From an uncultured virus (IMG/VR IMGVR_UViG_2061766007_004262) (taxonomy: Duplodnaviria > Heunggongvirae > Uroviricota > Caudoviricetes): DNA of 39,674 nucleotides. The notes beneath the pieces are model-generated. The model made no database searches, was not told the DNA's origin, and worked only from the letters and a program-made list of their open reading frames with translations. Where the stretch lies: IMG/VR virus record IMGVR_UViG_2061766007_004262; one strand, 5' to 3'. Numbering within the stretch: position 1 is the stretch's first letter; each line of letters starts with the position of its first letter. Below are positions 39,025 to 39,674 of this stretch, piece by piece. The position numbers were made by a program, and so were the translations under genes.

Positions 39025-39062
39025 AGTATAATATACGCGGGGCTTTCGGTCAAGCCCCGCGT
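39025..39062 (-). promoter_or_regulatory. queT promoter overlapping the hairpin after asnS
   Basis: TTGACC-17 bp-TATACT; the 11-bp stem ACGCGGGGCTT/AAGCCCCGCGT spans the -35. Confidence 0.7.
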
Positions 39063-39086
39063 GTGTCTTTCCTGTTGGGATTGTGT

Positions 39087-39227
39087 TTAGAATTCGGCAA
39101 ACCGCGTGGTGCGCGGGAAGGGCAGCACGTCGCGGATGTTGGCAACGCCCGTGAGGTACATCACCATGCGCTCAAAGCCCATGCCGAAGCCCGAATGCTT
39201 CACGCTGCCGTACTTGCGCAGTTCCAG
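39087..39227 (-). CDS. asnS: Asparaginyl-tRNA synthetase, C-terminal fragment
   Basis: [18 protein letters not shown]...[10 protein letters not shown]. Confidence 0.9.
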   Translation of the reverse strand: MELRKYGSVKHSGFGMGFERMVMYLTGVANIRDVLPFPRTTRFAEF

Positions 39228-39237
39228 NNNNNNNNNN

Positions 39238-39339
39238 GATCCTCAGCTGGATCGCCCCGGACCCGAACGCCCAGATCAGGCGGGTCAGAAGCGCGTAGAC
39301 CGCCGCGATGACCGCGGCGCGGGTGATGTAGCGGGCAGT
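39238..39339 (-). CDS. queT: QueT N-terminal fragment
   Basis: TARYITRAAVIAAVYALLT...GAIQLRI fills the gap in 38576-38924. Confidence 0.7.
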
Positions 39340-39349
39340 NNNNNNNNNN

Positions 39350-39674
39350 GTACCACCAGTAGTCTTCCGGCTTCATGCCCAGCTCCTCGATGCGCCTGGT
39401 GAGCACGTCCAGCCTTTCTTCTCTCTGGCTGCCGCCGCACAGTTCGCCGATGCCGGGCACCAGCAGGTCTGCNNNNNNNNNNATACCACCAGTAGTCTTC
39501 CGGCTTCATGCCCAATTCCTCGATGCGCCTGGTGAGCACGTCCAGCCTTTCTTCCCTCTGGCTGCCGCCGCACAGTTCGCCGATGCCGGGCACCAGCAGG
39601 TCTGCCGCCGCCACGGTCTTGCCGTCCTCGTTCATGCGCATGTAAAAGGCCTTGATCTCCTTGGGATAATCCGT
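39350..39674 (-). CDS. asnS: Asparaginyl-tRNA synthetase, two allele fragments
   Basis: [12 protein letters not shown] and [19 protein letters not shown]. Confidence 0.9.

Overview
The window is a patchwork of fragments joined by N-gaps. Neighbouring fragments often overlap by about 50 nt or are alternative alleles, so it looks like unitigs from a mixed-strain assembly of a Clostridia-like bacterium, and adjacency across gaps cannot be trusted. 1-23693 is a siphovirus-like prophage: head-tail and tail genes, tape measure, short MetK, SNF2 helicase, VRR-NUC, primase-DUF3987, DUF2800, DUF2815 SSB and family A DNA polymerase, with several genes present as two alleles. A gap-free stretch (19908-30375) links the phage polymerase to an accessory island. 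The island holds an rtcB-HTH-tRNA(Glu,Asp,Lys,His) operon, a two-gene CBASS-like module, an orphan membrane-anchored protein and an ABC-ATPase/Toprim pair hit by an IS21-type element. The best candidate for an undescribed system is the rtcB operon: it is preceded by a sigma-70 promoter, an unannotated 40-codon leader rich in Lys/Glu/His/Asp codons, and mutually exclusive antiterminator/terminator helices, which suggests an attenuator that senses tRNA loss and induces tRNA repair and replacement. A second candidate is a DUF3800-like moron with its own promoter-driven structured RNA inside the tail operon. The rest (30386-39674) is IS21/IS66/IS256 debris, a GH78-GH105 pair, asnS fragments and a preQ1-riboswitch-controlled queT. 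All family assignments come from motif recognition by eye, not database searches.
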